Source of the DNA: Chiloscyllium plagiosum
Lineage: Eukaryota
Reading direction: 5' to 3'
Assembly: GCF_004010195.1 (NCBI RefSeq)
Contig: NC_057752.1
Location: 6,150,044-6,214,043 of the forward strand
Length of the DNA: 64,000 nt
Shown here: one piece after another, positions 1 through 12,995 of the stretch
Numbering within the stretch: the stretch's first letter is position 1
How the letters are laid out: the number at the start of each line of letters is the position of its first letter
Position numbers and translations under genes: made by a program
Notes under the pieces: generated by a model
What the model saw: only the letters and a program-made list of their open reading frames with translations
Databases searched by the model: none
What the model was told of the DNA's origin: nothing

Positions 1-545
1 GCCTGTATATGATCCCGGCAGGTGAACACAATGCAGTCTGAACTGGCAGGCATCCCTTCATTAGTTCTTTCTCACATCTCAGACAGGAGAATTCGCATTG
101 GGAAACCTATTTGTGCCAGTACTGGTGTAGAACAATTGGCACAGAGACTTATGAGAACCAAGTGTCAGCAAGAGAGAAAATGGAAGAGCACTGGGCCAGT
201 TAGAGCCGAAACAAAAAGCCCTACTGAACATTACCACTGCTTTCAAACAGACAAGTTATGGGCATCTGTCTCTTTTCCCTGTGTTGCTGTATTACATGAA
301 CCAGAGCACACAAGTAAACTCAAAAAACTAGCTTTGTGGAGTGTGGAATATGGTCAACAGTGACAGCACCACACCATTACTTCTTCAATTATGAATATTC
401 TAAACATGTTTCAGTAAAGATATTAAATGCAGGGCTGTCAAGACGGCAGATTCTGTGTTCAACATACTGCCCTACTGCCCATATCAAAATATGCCTTTAT
501 AAAGATTACACCTTTAACACCAAGAAAATTGTTTCATTTTTCCAT

Positions 546-1440
546 TGACACCAAAATTGGAGGTAAAATGGACAGCAAAGAAGGTTACCTCAGAGTACAA
601 TGAGGTTTTGATCAGATGGGCCAATGGGCTGAGGAGTGGCAGATGGAGTTTAATTTAGATAAATGCGAGGTGTTTCACTTTGGAAAGGCAAATCAGTCCA
701 GGACTTGTATACTTAATGGTAAGGTCCTGGGGAGTGTTTCTGAACAAAGATACCTTGGAGTGCAGGTTCATAGTTCCTTGAAAGTGGAGTCACAGGTGGA
801 CAGAATAGTGAAGAAGGCATTTAGTATGCTTTCCTTTATTGGACAGAGCATTGAGTATAGGAGTTGGGAGGTCATGTTGTGACTGTACAGGACACTTTTG
901 GAATATCCTGTGCAAATCTGTCTCCCTCCTATAGGAATGATGTTGTGAAACTCGAAAGGGTTCAGAAAAGATTTACTATGATGTTACGAAGGTTGGAGGA
1001 TTTTGAGCTACAGGGAGAGACTTGAATTGGATTGGGGCTGTTTTCCCAGAGCATCGGAGGCTGAGGGGTGACCTAATAGAGGTTTATAAAATCATGAGGG
1101 GCATGGATAGGATAAATAGACAAGGTCTTCTCCCTGGGGTGGGGGAATCCAGAACTAGAGGGCATAGGTTTAGGGTGAGAGGGGAAAAATTTCAAAGGAA
1201 CCTAAGGGAAAACGTCTTCATACAGAGGGTGGTGCGTGTATGGAATGAGCTGCCAGAGAAAGTGGTGGAGGCTGGTACAATTACAGCATTTAAAAGGCAT
1301 CTGTGAATAGGAAGGACTTAGAGAGATATGGGCCAAATGCTGGCAAATGGGACTCGATTGATTTAGGATATCTGGTTGGCATGGACGAGTTGGACTGAAA
1401 GGTCTGTTTCTGTGCTGTACATCTCTATGACTTTATGACT
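546..1440 (+). mobile_element. CR1 LINE 3' fragment (young subfamily)
   Basis: RT C-terminal peptides WQMEFNLDKCEV and RRLRGDLIEVYKIM; 3' tail catctctatgactttatgact. Confidence 0.9.
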
Positions 1441-1449
1441 CAGCTATGC

Positions 1450-2335
1450 CTTTGTTACCTCCAGAGCTGACACTTCCAACATGCTCCTGGCTGGTCTCCC
1501 ATATTCAATCCTCCATAATGTTGAGGTCATCCAAAGCTCTTCTGCCCATGTTTTAACACACAGCAAGTCCCATTCCCCTACCCCCGTGTGCTCGTTGACC
1601 TACAATAGTAACTGGTCAAGCAACATTTTGATATTAAAAATCTCACCCTTGCTTTCAAATCCCTCCCTATCTCCTCCAGCCTGACAGCCTTGTGAGATAG
1701 CTGTGCTCCTCTAATTCTGACTCCTTTAACAACCCTGATTTTAATCACTCCACCATTGGTGGCTGCACCATCAACTGCCTGGACTTTAAGCTCTGGAACA
1801 TTCTGCCTACACCTCTCCACCTCTGTACCTCATTCTCTTCTTTAAAGAATCTTAGGGGTGTTATGGTGGCTCAGTGGTTAGCACTGCTGCCTCACAGCAC
1901 CAGGAACCCAGGTTCAATTCCAGCCTCGTGTGGAATTTGTACATTCTCCCTGTGTCTGTGTGGGTTTGTTCCAGTTTCCTCTCACTGCCCAAAGATGTGC
2001 AGGTTAGGTGAATTGGCCATGCTAAATTCCCCATTGTGTTCAGGGCTGTGTAGGTTAGTTGTATTCATCAGGGGTAAATGTAGAATAATACGGTAGGGGA
2101 ATGAGTCTGGTTGGGTGACCCTTCAGAGGGTTGGTGTGGACTTGTTGGGCCAAAGGGCCTGTTTCCACACTGTAGGGATTCTATTCTTAAAACCTACCTC
2201 TTTAATCAATCTTTTGGTCATATAATTTAATATTTCCTCTGTGGCTTGGTGTCAAACTGTGTTTTATAATGTTTCTGTGAAGCATCTTAAAATGTTTAAT
2301 TATGATAAAGGCAGTACAGAAATACAAGTTGGTGT
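1450..2335 (+). mobile_element. L2-like LINE 3' fragment interrupted by an HE1 SINE
   Basis: LLAGLP..LHNVEVIQSS.A resembles an L2 RT C-terminus; the same family recurs at ~42490-43110, ~50790-51390 and ~15655-15820. Confidence 0.65.
1856..2186 (+). mobile_element. HE1-type tRNA-derived V-SINE
   Basis: A box tggctcagtggtta, B box ggttcaattcc, V-domain, CR1-like tail gggcctgtttccacactgtag. Confidence 0.85.
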
Positions 2336-3327
2336 TCAGGGACGACAAGGAGAACTTTCCAACCTAGAAGTACTCTGTTCGTTTTAATGGAGGCTGTAAC
2401 TTTGGACTCGTCTGATCTGCAACTGACTAACCCTTGGCAAAACATGCTACTGTTATAAAGCATTCCCTGTATTATTCAGTGCAATGACAGTGCCTTTTTA
2501 ATTTGTCTGCAGTGATATCGCCAGCTCCTCACAGCTAAGATTGAGGGCTTTTCACAGGCTGGCAGCTTAGAATGAAAACTATTTGCTTGCACAGTTTGGG
2601 CTCTGAAGCAACCTTTACAGACGTGCCTTGGCTGTGTGACATGAACTAATTCTCAAACACTTCCATATATTCAGCCTGATTGAGCTCAGCTGCTCCCAGA
2701 ACTGCAGAGTTTTGGAAGATTAGACGATTGCAACAACACCATTCTTTACAGGGGCACGACTTGTTTCTGTGCAATTCTTTTCCTCCCCACCTCTAACCTT
2801 GTGCCAATCAGATTAGGACACAAAGCAAGTTCAGGAGCAGTAGAAGCAGAGAGTGGGGTGGTGAAGGGGCATAGGAAGAGGGTAACGTTGGTCCAAATAG
2901 TCGGTGGAAGACAGTGGATTCACTCACGGTATATCTCTTTATTTGATGGCATTGATAAAAACCGAGGTATGTGGAGGATGCACCAACTGAAACGATCCTG
3001 TAGGTTTGTGATGTCACCAGGGTCTTGAATTCCATGAGGTTTTTATTCATTCTGCTTGGTTGTTTTGATGGGTCCTGAGCAATATTTCCTCTAAACTGTG
3101 CGGCCATATTGCCACACAACTGCAGGGAGGTTCTGCACATGCTGTTTCGTGTATTCTCACAGCAGCAAGAAACAAATTACAGGGTTACATTAGCTCAGTG
3201 GAATGCCTATACCTGCCATAAATATGCCTGTTATAGATATTTTCCAATCAACCTGTTCAGAGATTTTATTACACACTTCTGGAGCAGGTAAGATTTGAAC
3301 CTGGACTTCTTGGTTCAGGGAGGTTGA

Positions 3328-3535
3328 CCATGAATCCATTGTTGATTGTCAGAAACATCTATCTGACTCACTAGTGCCCTTTAGGGAAGGAAACTGCCAT
3401 CTTTACCTGGTCTAGCCTACATGTGACTCCAGACCTACAGCAATGTGGTTGAATCTTAACTGTTCTCTGGGCAATTAGGGACGAGTAATAAATGCTGCCT
3501 AGCCAGCGACACCCACATCCCGTAAATGGATTAAA
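3328..3535 (+). mobile_element. SINE 3' part sharing its tail with a CR1/L2-group LINE
   Basis: ctacatgtgactccagac...gggcaattaggga...ccacatccc tail; related sequence on the minus strand at ~8360-8470, ~19530-19700 and ~48760-48850. Confidence 0.55.
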
Positions 3536-3644
3536 AAGAAAACTACCAGTACGCTACAAGAGTCTCATTAGCGCCTGTCCGAACAATTTATCTTTCACCT
3601 GGGGATTCAAGAGCTTTCTTGACTCAGTATGGAGTTCCACAAAC

Positions 3645-3795
3645 TGTGGGAGGAAACTGGAGAGCCCGGGGGAAACTCATGCAGACATGGGGGAGAACAT
3701 GCAAACTCCACACAGACAGTCATCCAAGGCTGAAATCAAACCCAGTCCCTGGTGCTGTGAGGCAGCAGTGCTAACCATTGAGCCACTATGCCGCC
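3645..3795 (-). mobile_element. HE1-type SINE, 5' half
   Basis: Reverse complement of the tRNA head and V-domain (gcagcagtgctaaccattgagccac). Confidence 0.8.
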
Positions 3796-3844
3796 CTAAG
3801 TGCCTGTTGTATTGTGTCAATTCTCTTAATTAGAGAAACTAGCT

Positions 3845-4220
3845 AATTAAGATTCTGGAGGTTGCCACTGACCAGAAACTCAACTGGACTAGCCACATAA
3901 ACACTTTCAGGCGCTAGAAATTCTGTGGAAAGTAACTCACCTCCCGTCTCTCTCAAGCCTGTCCGCCATCTACAATGCACAAGTCAGGAGTGTAAAGAAA
4001 TACGCCCCACTTGCCTGGATGAATGCAGCTCCAATGACACTCAAGAGGCCTGATACCATCCAGGATAAAACAGCCCACTTGATTGCCACTCCGTCCATCG
4101 CCACACTCCCTCCACCAACGATGCATAGTGGCAGCAGTGTGTGCCTTCTACGAGATGCACTACAGCAACTTGCCAAAGCTCCTTCGACAGACCCTTCCCA
4201 ACCCACAACCTCTGCCACTT
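3845..4220 (+). mobile_element. CR1/L2-group LINE RT fragment (separate family)
   Basis: IYNAQVRSVKKYAPLAWMNAAPMTLKRPDTIQDKTAHLI; related pieces at ~14060-14330(+), ~14370-15630(-), ~48850-49050(-) and ~59320-59570(+). Confidence 0.7.
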
Positions 4221-4399
4221 CATGTGGCTGAGTGTCGTACACTGTTTCATAATGTTTCAGTGAATGAGGCATTGCATTATGTTAAAAGTGTTTTATAAAT
4301 ATCAAGTTTTGTTGCTGTTGAATCAAGCTTAATGATGAACTTGATAATAAAACAGGAAGACAGCAACAAACAAGCAAACTCTGAATCTCATTCTGATAC

Positions 4400-4516
4400 C
4401 TTCCAAGCCATCCTCATGGTGAAGGTTGAAGTTCTCGTAAGAATCCCATCTGACGGTAGGATCAGATGTGTTGTAATCTACAGTCACAGTAGAGTCATTC
4501 TTCAAATGGTCTCCAT
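4400..4516 (-). CDS. TNS2: Tensin-2-like exon (D)[38 protein letters not shown]
   Basis: ctatag|AT...AAG|gtatca, 117 nt, phase 1/1; [18 protein letters not shown] is conserved in tensins; the gene continues below position 1. Confidence 0.95.
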
Positions 4517-4914
4517 CTATAGATGGGGAGAGAAGGTATGATGGATTCCATTAATATGTTCTTGTCAAGTCTCCCAGCTGATAGATCTATCCCCCACAAT
4601 AACATTGACTGACCAGTAGAGATCTGTCCATTAACTGAGATTCAATGAAGAGATCCAGCTATAATATGGCATCTATACTCAGTTCTGACAAAGGGAGCAC
4701 ATGCAAAAAAGAAAGGTTTAGATTTGCACTTTCACAACATTTCTGTTTGCTTTGCAGATTGCCAGCAATTCTCTCTTTGAATTGATTCAGTATTGTCACA
4801 TGTACTTAGGTACAGTGACAAGTTTTGTTCTGCTTGCAGTGCAGGCAGATTATACCATACAAAATGCAAGAGGATATCTTGTTTCCAAGTGTCCAGTGGT
4901 AATGAATTGCTTAC

Positions 4915-4980
4915 CTTTTGTTTTTTCTGGACCTGAAGAGAAAAGAAACTCCACTGCAGCGTCTCGTGGAAATCTGTCGT
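4915..4980 (-). CDS. TNS2: Tensin-2-like exon (D)DRFPRDAAVEFLFSSGPEKTK (end of C2)
   Basis: ttcttag|AC...AAG|gtaagc, 66 nt, phase 1/1. Confidence 0.93.
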
Positions 4981-7277
4981 CTAAGAAGAGAGCAGAAAAA
5001 GCATCACCACCACTGATAGTTCTGGTGCAATCACCATGTTATTGAGTCACTGAAGATCTGAAGTAGCATTCTCACTAAACATGAAGTAAACTTGACAAAC
5101 AGCTCCCTCTTGTTATATAATATGCTTTTCACCTAATCCTCAACCCTGTGGTCTGTGTATTCTATGCTCAGGTAGACTACAGACACTTTGCTGGGCTCCA
5201 TTACATTGACATGGGTAAGTATACACACAGTTTAAGGCATTTGGTGAGACAAATGAGAGACAGGCAATGAACAGAGCAAGAATATGTGATATACATATTC
5301 TAATCATTGGAAGGTTTATTTTCACAGAATGTAGCTTTCATTTTGTGGATTTAAAAGCCCTTTGTGCTCCCCATTCTAAGATTGCAGTCATTTAAAGTGC
5401 TGCAACTATCTTGTATCTAGGAATGGAATATAATTATTTTCATCAGATTTGTGTGGTACAGTGGTAATGTCCCTACGTTTGAGGCAGGAGACCTAGGTTC
5501 AAGTCCTACTTGCTCCAGATGTGTGTACTAACATTCTTGAACAGGTTGAATAGAAAATACATTGGCTTTTATTAAATGTCTGTTTTGTTTTACAGAACTG
5601 GTTTCTTTCTGTGACTCCAGCCCAGACGGGAAAGCTCCACTGTTTCAGTCTACTTCCTTCCTGAGCAACTGTGCTGAAGTGTTAACAGCACTAATTTGTG
5701 GAAACGGCCTTAATCCTAACTGACTTGTTGTGGTCAACTGCAATTGATGCCACAGAGCAAAACACCACTTTAAACCTGGGATTATAATGCACTATTTCAC
5801 AGCCTTTAGCGCTTCTATGCAATGGATCACTTTGAAATGCAGGAGCAGTTACTTTATAGGCAAATGCAGCAGCCATTCTGCGCACAGCAAGATGCCCACA
5901 GCAATGGGTCAGTTAATAATATGTTTTTGATGTTGAATGAGGGAAAACCATTGGCCAAGACACCTTGAGAATTCCTTTTTCTTCTTAAATTAAATGCAAT
6001 GGGGTCTTAAAAGTTCCCCCAAACAGAACAGGCAGGCAAAATCTGGCTTTCATATCTCATCCTTGGAAAATCACTTAACCAATAGAGCATTCTCTCAGCA
6101 AACTCTCAACAACCACTTGCAATTCCAAAGCACATAATAACTTCTCTCTAGAAATGTCCTAAAACGCTTCATGCACAATGAATTACTTTGAAGAGTAGTG
6201 TCCATTGCTATGCAGGTAAAGCAGCAGCCATTGCGCGCGCAGCAAGGTCTCTCAAACACAGGTGAGTTAAAAGGAATTTTTGGCAGCGCTGTTTGAGGGA
6301 AAACTCTTTTTCAAATAGTGTACAGCCAACAAGACAGATGGAAATTTGGCTTTAGGTTGAATATTGAAGGTGAACTGGGTTAGGATGGCAACCTGACATG
6401 TAGTCAAGTCCAGGAATGAGGGTTTGGATCAACAAACTGCGACCACTCAGCCAAACAGATATTCCAGATGATGGCACCAAGGCAATATGTGTGCGCATTC
6501 ATTCCCCATGGTCTGCCACCAATCTAATCCAGGCTGAGACTTTGCACTTCCTCAGTGCAAAAGTGCCCCTGAAAATCTCGTCAGGGCTCCGGTAGGAACT
6601 TAATTGGCAAATCTCTGGACTGGGGAGTGGAAATCTGCCATTTTACCTGGATTCTTTCTCAACCCCATCCCATTCCATTCTCTGCCTCAGTTCACCTGCA
6701 TCTCACCCCTGTGTGAATGGGCCTACTCCAAGAATCTTGCTCTTTCAAGGCCTGAACGCAACTCTTGGCAGCACTCAACTGGGACGAGATTCCCAGAGGT
6801 CTTTAGGCCCCAGGAACTCTGTACACACGGTAATGAATGCTGGGGGAATCAATTGTCTTTGCTGTTCTTGGAAATGCACCCTGCCACCTGTTGGAACAGA
6901 AATGTGTTGATTAAAACTTCTGAGAAGAGCCCTGATAGTATCTGTGGCACAGCAATTCTCCAGTGGAGCCCTTCAGCCATTGGCGACAGAATCTGACAAT
7001 GCTAAACTAAACTATTTTCTGCAATTTGAACCCCAGAAAATCAAACAGGCCAGCATATTAAATGCTGGGAGGAACCCCCTGGGAATGTCTTACCAGATAA
7101 GGTAAGATAAAAGGAGGAAGGGTTCTTAAAAATGGGCAGACCTTTCCTTTTGATTCAAGATCAATTTGATCCTTAGTTTGTGAGACATTAAACATAACGA
7201 TGGGGCTGATCATGGAGCATTTCAGGTTTTGCTCCACGAGACTAGGGATACTACTGTTCCTGAAAAATCCCACTGAC

Positions 7278-7407
7278 CTCCGTAAGCATCATCCAGTTCA
7301 TCCTTTCCAAACCAGAGCTGGGTGCCATGGATAGCACAAGTATGGAACTGTACTCGGAAAACAACGTCACGCTCCGGGTTTTTGTATTGCTTATGGTAAC
7401 ATTTCAC
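7278..7407 (-). CDS. TNS2: Tensin-2-like C2 exon [43 protein letters not shown]
   Basis: ttttcag|GTG...GAG|gtcagt, 130 nt, phase 0/1; FRVQFHT is the PTEN-type C2 motif. Confidence 0.95.
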
Positions 7408-9391
7408 CTGAAAAGGGAAAGATGGAAGAACATGTCTAAGACTGAGCCACTGACTGGGTATTACCAATAGATACAATTGTAAATATGGCTGGGGATCCCT
7501 GATGATGTGACACTGATCTCTGAATCTCAGGGACCTGAGCTCACCTCTCGGAGGTCTGCATTTAAATACCACAGAGAGAATGCAACTTGATCATCTGTGG
7601 TTGGTGACTTGCAACAAATTGCAGGGTAAACTTTACAGAAGCGCTACTACAGAAGTGCTGCTCCCCCCAGACTCGTTTGATGGAAGTGTTGTTGAGAGAA
7701 AGGGGACAAAGGTCAACGTACCTGACTTGCAATGCGCTGATTTCTGGTGAGGGTCCTGATTCTAACTGCGCCATGCTCCCATTGCCATTCTATGGCCGGG
7801 GTAAAGCCACACTAAACTCGCCACGACGAGTTAAAGGAATACAAGTTCTTCTGCAAACGCCTCTAATTCTCTCGAGCATTCCTCAGTTGAAACATTCTGT
7901 GTCAGATATGAGAGCAGAAGTATATGGAAGAAAGGTAAAGAAATGTCTTTCTCAGACCATAAAAGATGTGAGTTATTCAGCCTGGTGTTGCCATAGAATT
8001 GGTAGACAAATGGCTTCCTCGTGCGCTGGAACGATGCTATGACTTCTCCTGTGGTACAAAAGGGATTCCAGAAAGCCTTTCATTCCTCTCTCTCTGACAT
8101 CCTGACCTCACTGCACGAGATCGACTGCCCACGTGCAGTCAATTGGTGGAAAATTTGAGTGTGCAAGACTGACATGTAGGAGAAGATCAAACTGTCCACG
8201 TGTCAAGCATTCTGCATTCCTCAAGTCATCTATCATTCTTGACAGACTAGTATTGTTTCTGTCCACTGATCAAGAAGGAAATCTATGGTTTACCAATGAT
8301 TGCTCCATTTTACCTGGTGAATGGAGACTGTGGGTTGAATGCTTCAGCCCCAGCTTCCTTTTTATTCATTTGTGGGATGTGGGCACCACTGGCTGGACCA
8401 GCATTAATTGCCCATCCCTAGTTGCCCTTGAGAAGTGAGCTGTCTTCTTGAACCACTGCAGTCCAGCTGCTGCGAGGATGGGAACTGAGGGGCAGAGCCT
8501 GGAAATGCTAGCATGTCAGTTTCAATTTTTGTGAGGTGGGTTTGTGGCTGGAAGGGCTACGAACCCCCATGGGCAGGGAACCAATTCAGGCTGTTAAAGG
8601 CCTAATTAAGGTCAATTAAAGAAAGTTGGCTGGAATTTACCCATTGGCCCCTGGTTTCCCACACCACTAGGCGCCAGCATTCCTGGCAGGCCTATAGGCC
8701 CTACCTTGCCTGCCTGGTGCTGGAGCAGCCAGAGGCCACTTTGTAGAGGGGCATTCCTCCCACCATAGTGGTAGCCTGGTTGCTGAAGGGATTTTTTATT
8801 TCAAGATTTTAAAATGTAGGAGAAAGGGATAGCTCCATGTGGAAACACCCTCTCCCTTACTTACCTTCCACTGCTCCTCTCAAGCTAGAAGACCTCTGAT
8901 TGGCCTCTCCAGCTTCACAATCCCACCCAGTGTCCTTATTTGGTCTCCAGGGCAATTCATTGAGCACTCCCATAAAAGTACCAATGAACAACCTTTCCAC
9001 CCCATCCTCTGAGGGCTGAGGTCTGGAAATAGCCCCAACTCCTCTTTTCCAACCCCTGCCCACATGGAAAATCTAGTCTTGCCTTTTCAAAGTTAGGATG
9101 GAGGAGTTGGGTTCCTCAGAAAGTGTATGCATTTACAGAGGGTCTTCCGTCTAGAGATGTTTGAAGGCCATAAATACAGGCAGTAAGGTACCTGTGTAAC
9201 AGCAAGAGAATCAGATCAAACAGAATTTGAGTTTGCCCTTTGTTTCATCAGTTCAACTGGTGCAAACCAAATTTGAAACTTTGCAGCCTCACAAGAACAC
9301 AAGAGATAGGAGCTGGGCAGTCGATATGGCCCATGAGTTTGCTTCACTATTCAGTGCAATCATGGCTGATCTTGAGTGGTCTGAGCTTGAG

Positions 9392-9480
9392 GAGAAGGGC
9401 TCATGCCCGAAACGTCGATTCTCCTGTTCCTTGGATGCTGCCTGACCTGCTGTGCTTTTCCAGCAACACATTTTCAGCTC
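9392..9480 (+). mobile_element. Penelope-type terminal fragment, family P1, single arm
   Basis: gaagggctcatgcccgaaacgtcg...; 15-bp TSD tggtctgagcttgag at 9377-9391 and 9481-9495. Confidence 0.8.
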
Positions 9481-10259
9481 TGGTCTGAGCTTGAGCTTGG
9501 CCCAAGTATTTTATCAAAAGTGTAATTTCCTTAATAATCCGAGGTCAAGGAATACTTTTTTGGACAGGTTCCTCAACAGACAAATTGGGTGGGATAACAT
9601 TTACTTGTGGTAGCATGGATTACACGTGCTTTAACTGTACGAGAACAACAGGAGATCAAGATTGCACTGATTCTTACCTTGTACCAGTAAGTTAATGGAC
9701 CGGCCTCGGCAAACTCTGCCACTGGAAGCCCTCATCCATTTGAGTAGGCCAATGGCATGTGAAAAACACACTTGAACAACTTCAACCCCCAGCTGGGAAG
9801 CATCAAATCCAATGGTGCAGCAGCAACCCTTTAAGCGCTGCAGCTCATTATCATCAGGACAGTTGTACTGAGCAGAAGAATGTGGGTCCATGGCACAACA
9901 GAGACATGGAGGTCAATACTGCTCCCAAATCAGTGCAGTCTGTCAGGGTACCTTTCATCTGCAAGTCAGGAGGTGAAATAACAGCACTCTTGAGATTTTC
10001 ACTGAGGTCTCATGTGGCCCATCAAACATGATAAAAAGTAAATTGGGAACAATTGTACCATCTTGGAGGTAAAGTAGGACAGGACCAGTAAAAGTCCTAT
10101 AATCTCAACTGTTCTTATATTTTTTCCAAGTGTCCCAGTTCTCCTAAGGTCCACCTATCTCGTGTTGCTTCCTCTACCGAAATTTCAATCGGGAATGTCA
10201 CATAATGAAGGAATCATGACTGTTTCCTAGATAACAGTGATAATAGTTTCTATATTCAA

Positions 10260-10565
10260 CTAGAAAAACAGACTTGCAATGCTCTTGCACCCCAGGGTAT
10301 CCCGAAGCATTTTATAGCCAATGTAGTACCCCTTGAAGTGTAGTCACTGTTGTAATGAAGGAAGCATGACAGCCAGTTTGCAAGCTCCACAGCAAGCTCC
10401 AAACAGCAACGTGACAATAACCTGATCCTCTATTTCAGTGGTGTTGATTGAAGGTTAAATGTCTGAAGACCAGAGAGAATTCCCTTGCTCTTCTTTGAAT
10501 TGCATAGTGGGATCTTTTACATTCACCTTAGAAGGCAGACATGTTCTGAAGGATGGCAACTGAAA
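10260..10565 (-). mobile_element. Deu-domain-type SINE (SacSINE1/AmnSINE1-like), decayed
   Basis: gaagtgtagtcactgttgtaatg and tgctcttctttgaa...gggatcttttacattcacct; related copies at ~5790-6330(-), ~44330-44480(+) and ~54220-54750(-). Confidence 0.55.
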
Positions 10566-10905
10566 CAGTGCAGCAGAATCTCAGTACTCAATGGCACTCA
10601 TTCAGTATTGCCCCTCTGCAAGTACAGCGTTCCCTCAGTGCTGCCCCTCCAACTGTGCAGTGCTCCCTCAATACTCACCCTTTGACACAGCGGTTAATGC
10701 CTCACAACTGATCCACTAACAGTGCAGCAATCTCTCAGTACTGCTCCTCTGATAGTGTTGTAATCTTTCAGTTCTGTTTTTCCAACAGTGCAGTGCTCCC
10801 TCACTACCGTTCATTTGCAAGAGAAGTGCTGTCTCTGAATTGATTCTCCAACAGTGTTGTGCTCTCTTAGCACCTCCGACAGTGTGTCCTGTCTCAATAC
10901 AGTGC
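10565..10905. repeat. Degenerate ~33-bp minisatellite (acagtgcagcactccctcagtactgcccctccg-like)
   Basis: About 10 diverged tandem units containing acagtgcag/cctcagtactg. Confidence 0.75.
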
Positions 10906-12219
10906 CTAAATCAGGCTTCAACCAAGGAGTACAACTCAATGACAAATTTTGTTAAGAAACAGGGATAATGAAGAGCAGATCTCCTTCAATGTGCCTGGTA
11001 GATGTGGAGCAGTTAATAAATGCCAGCATTGGGGTACCAGTGTGCAGTGTATTCACAGCTCCTTTAAAGAATACCCATTCTCCTCTCCAACTTTGGAAAT
11101 GGAGATTTAAGTAGCAGCGAGAAGGTTAAAGAACACAGGCATCGACAGAAAGAATCTGTCTAGCAAACCCAACAAATGCATTGAACCAAGTGCGAATGCA
11201 ACTGTTAAAAAAAATCCCCATAACCTTTAAGCAGCAACCGAAATAATCATTCCCTTTAACCTACCTGAATAGTCAAGGACTGCTCCCCGTGTGTAGACAG
11301 GGTTTTGGCTCAAGTCACAAAACTTGATTTGGTGCATTCGAAGAAGTCAATGAACTGGAGTATGCCTGGTGTCTGACACTATTTTCTGTCCCCCAGCAAG
11401 AGAGGGGTGGAAAGCACTCTGTAGACTAGGAGTTTGCGCAGCCTTGGCAAACAACTACTTTGTTAGGCAAGGCTCTGCTGGGGAAAAAAAAACTGCAGGA
11501 ACTCTTTAGAAAACAAAGTGGACTTTCCATGCTTTGACCAGAAACTTGGAGGTGGGTTTGAGGAATTAAAATTGACAATCAGCCCTGTGACATGTGGGTG
11601 GGACTCCAGGGGGAGAAGCTTGCTCTTGGTGTACATGGCCTTCCTTTTGGGTAAAAAAATTCGAGTTTGGGTGGGAGAAGGAACAACACAGTGCAAACTA
11701 TAGTAATCAAGGCTGAAGGTTTAGGTAGCCTATTGCAACCATGAATTCACTGAGCTTAATTACTGTTAATTATAGTAGCCTAATAAGCAGTGCTTAAAGG
11801 GGCCTGATACAAAGCCAGGTAAGTTTTTTTTGCGTCAATTGCAGACCACCCCTTTCTTCTGCCAGTACTTACTTATTGACCACAACTCCTCCAGTCTCAT
11901 TTGTGCCTATCGCTTGCCAGCTTGATGCAGCTGGGGCCTGAGGCTGAATTAGCAGTTCACCTCGGGCTAAAGTCTTGATCATGCATTCCAGATATGTTTC
12001 ACAGTGGTTCCTGGCATATATTAAACCTGTCTTGTATTATAATGATTGAAAGAATCTCGAGAACATTGATGAGAAGCGGCAATATAACAATGATAAACAT
12101 TAAGAGCATCAGTTTAAATGTTGTGTCATCATATGTGGTCTACATTAAAGCAGTTTACAGATTAACACTGCTCCCTCGCAACTGACCATTCTTCGACCAG
12201 TCCTTGATCCTGCACTCAC

Positions 12220-12295
12220 CATTATGTCTCCCTTCAGCAGTAAGGCTGGCTCGATGGAGATGCACAGCTTCTTACACCCAGGGCCTTGGACACTG
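12220..12295 (-). CDS. TNS2: Tensin-2-like C2 exon SVQGPGCKKLCISIEPALLLKGDIM
   Basis: ttctgcag|CAG...ATG|gtgagt, 76 nt, phase 2/0. Confidence 0.95.
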
Positions 12296-12467
12296 CTGCA
12301 GAACAGAGAGAATGAGGAAGCAAGGAGTTGTTAAGCTCATACAAAAGATGCATGGGTGCATGACTGAAAACTTACATAGGGCATCTTGGCACCAGTGTTG
12401 CCTGACAGAGTGCCAAGCAAGTCATGAAACTGATTAAATCCTTTGTGTTTCAACTTAAAAAATCATA

Positions 12468-12689
12468 GTTAAAAATCACGCAACACCAGGTTATAGTCCA
12501 ACAGGTTTAACTGGAAGCACTAGCTTTCGGAGCGCCACTCCTTCATCAGGTGGATGTGTCCACAACCACCTGATGAAGAAGCAGCGCTCCGAAAACTAGT
12601 GCTTCCAGTTAAACCTGCTGGATTATAATCTGGTATTGTGTGATTTTTAACTTTGTACACCCCAGTCCAACACCGGCATCTCTATATCA
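12468..12689. mobile_element. Palindromic Penelope-type insertion, family P2
   Basis: Inverted arms gttaaaaatcac...catcaggtgg / ccacctgatg...tttttaac plus a ~38-nt tail; TSD taaaaaatcata at 12456-12467 and 12690-12701. Confidence 0.85.
12521..12549 (-). ncRNA. Minimal hammerhead ribozyme motif (family P2)
   Basis: cac-CUGAUGA-a-ggagu(ggc)gcucc-GAAA-GC-UA-gug; palindromic AGCU. Confidence 0.62.
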
Positions 12690-12934
12690 TAAAAAATCAT
12701 AAACATCTTGGACCTATAAGCAGCTTGCTGGAATCACTGTCGTGTACAATCTGAATGATGGGGACTGCTGTGGTAGATTTAAGATATATTTGACATACAG
12801 ACCAAGGAAAACACCTGTGCAAGTGTTTTTTTTGAGAAGAGGTTGCTGGATTGTCTTCTCATTATTCAGTGAAACGTATTTCTGGGCATTTCCTATCTGC
12901 AGAGCAAATAAACAAACAACAAAAAGCCACTTAC

Positions 12935-12995
12935 TAGATTCCTGATGTGTAGACAAGTTGCATAGACTGATAAATCTTCAGAAATGGGTGGTATC
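12935..12995 (-). CDS. TNS2: Tensin-2-like C2 exon (G)YHPFLKIYQSMQLVYTSGI(Y)
   Basis: ttacag|GA...CTA|gtaagt, 61 nt, phase 1/2; follows a 26.2-kb intron. Confidence 0.95.

Noticed and set aside
2808..3140. Minus-strand ORF as the next TNS2 exon
   Set aside because: No tensin similarity, and the phase-1 frame from the nearby AG hits a stop after 14 codons; the expected HTxGPLDGSxYA exon was not found, so it is presumed to lie outside the window
12468..12689. Palindromes read as MITEs, pre-miRNA genes or CRISPR repeats
   Set aside because: Asymmetric tail, variable centres, 12-16 bp TSDs and hammerhead cores fit Penelope ends; the copies are dispersed with no spacer array, and the sequence is eukaryotic
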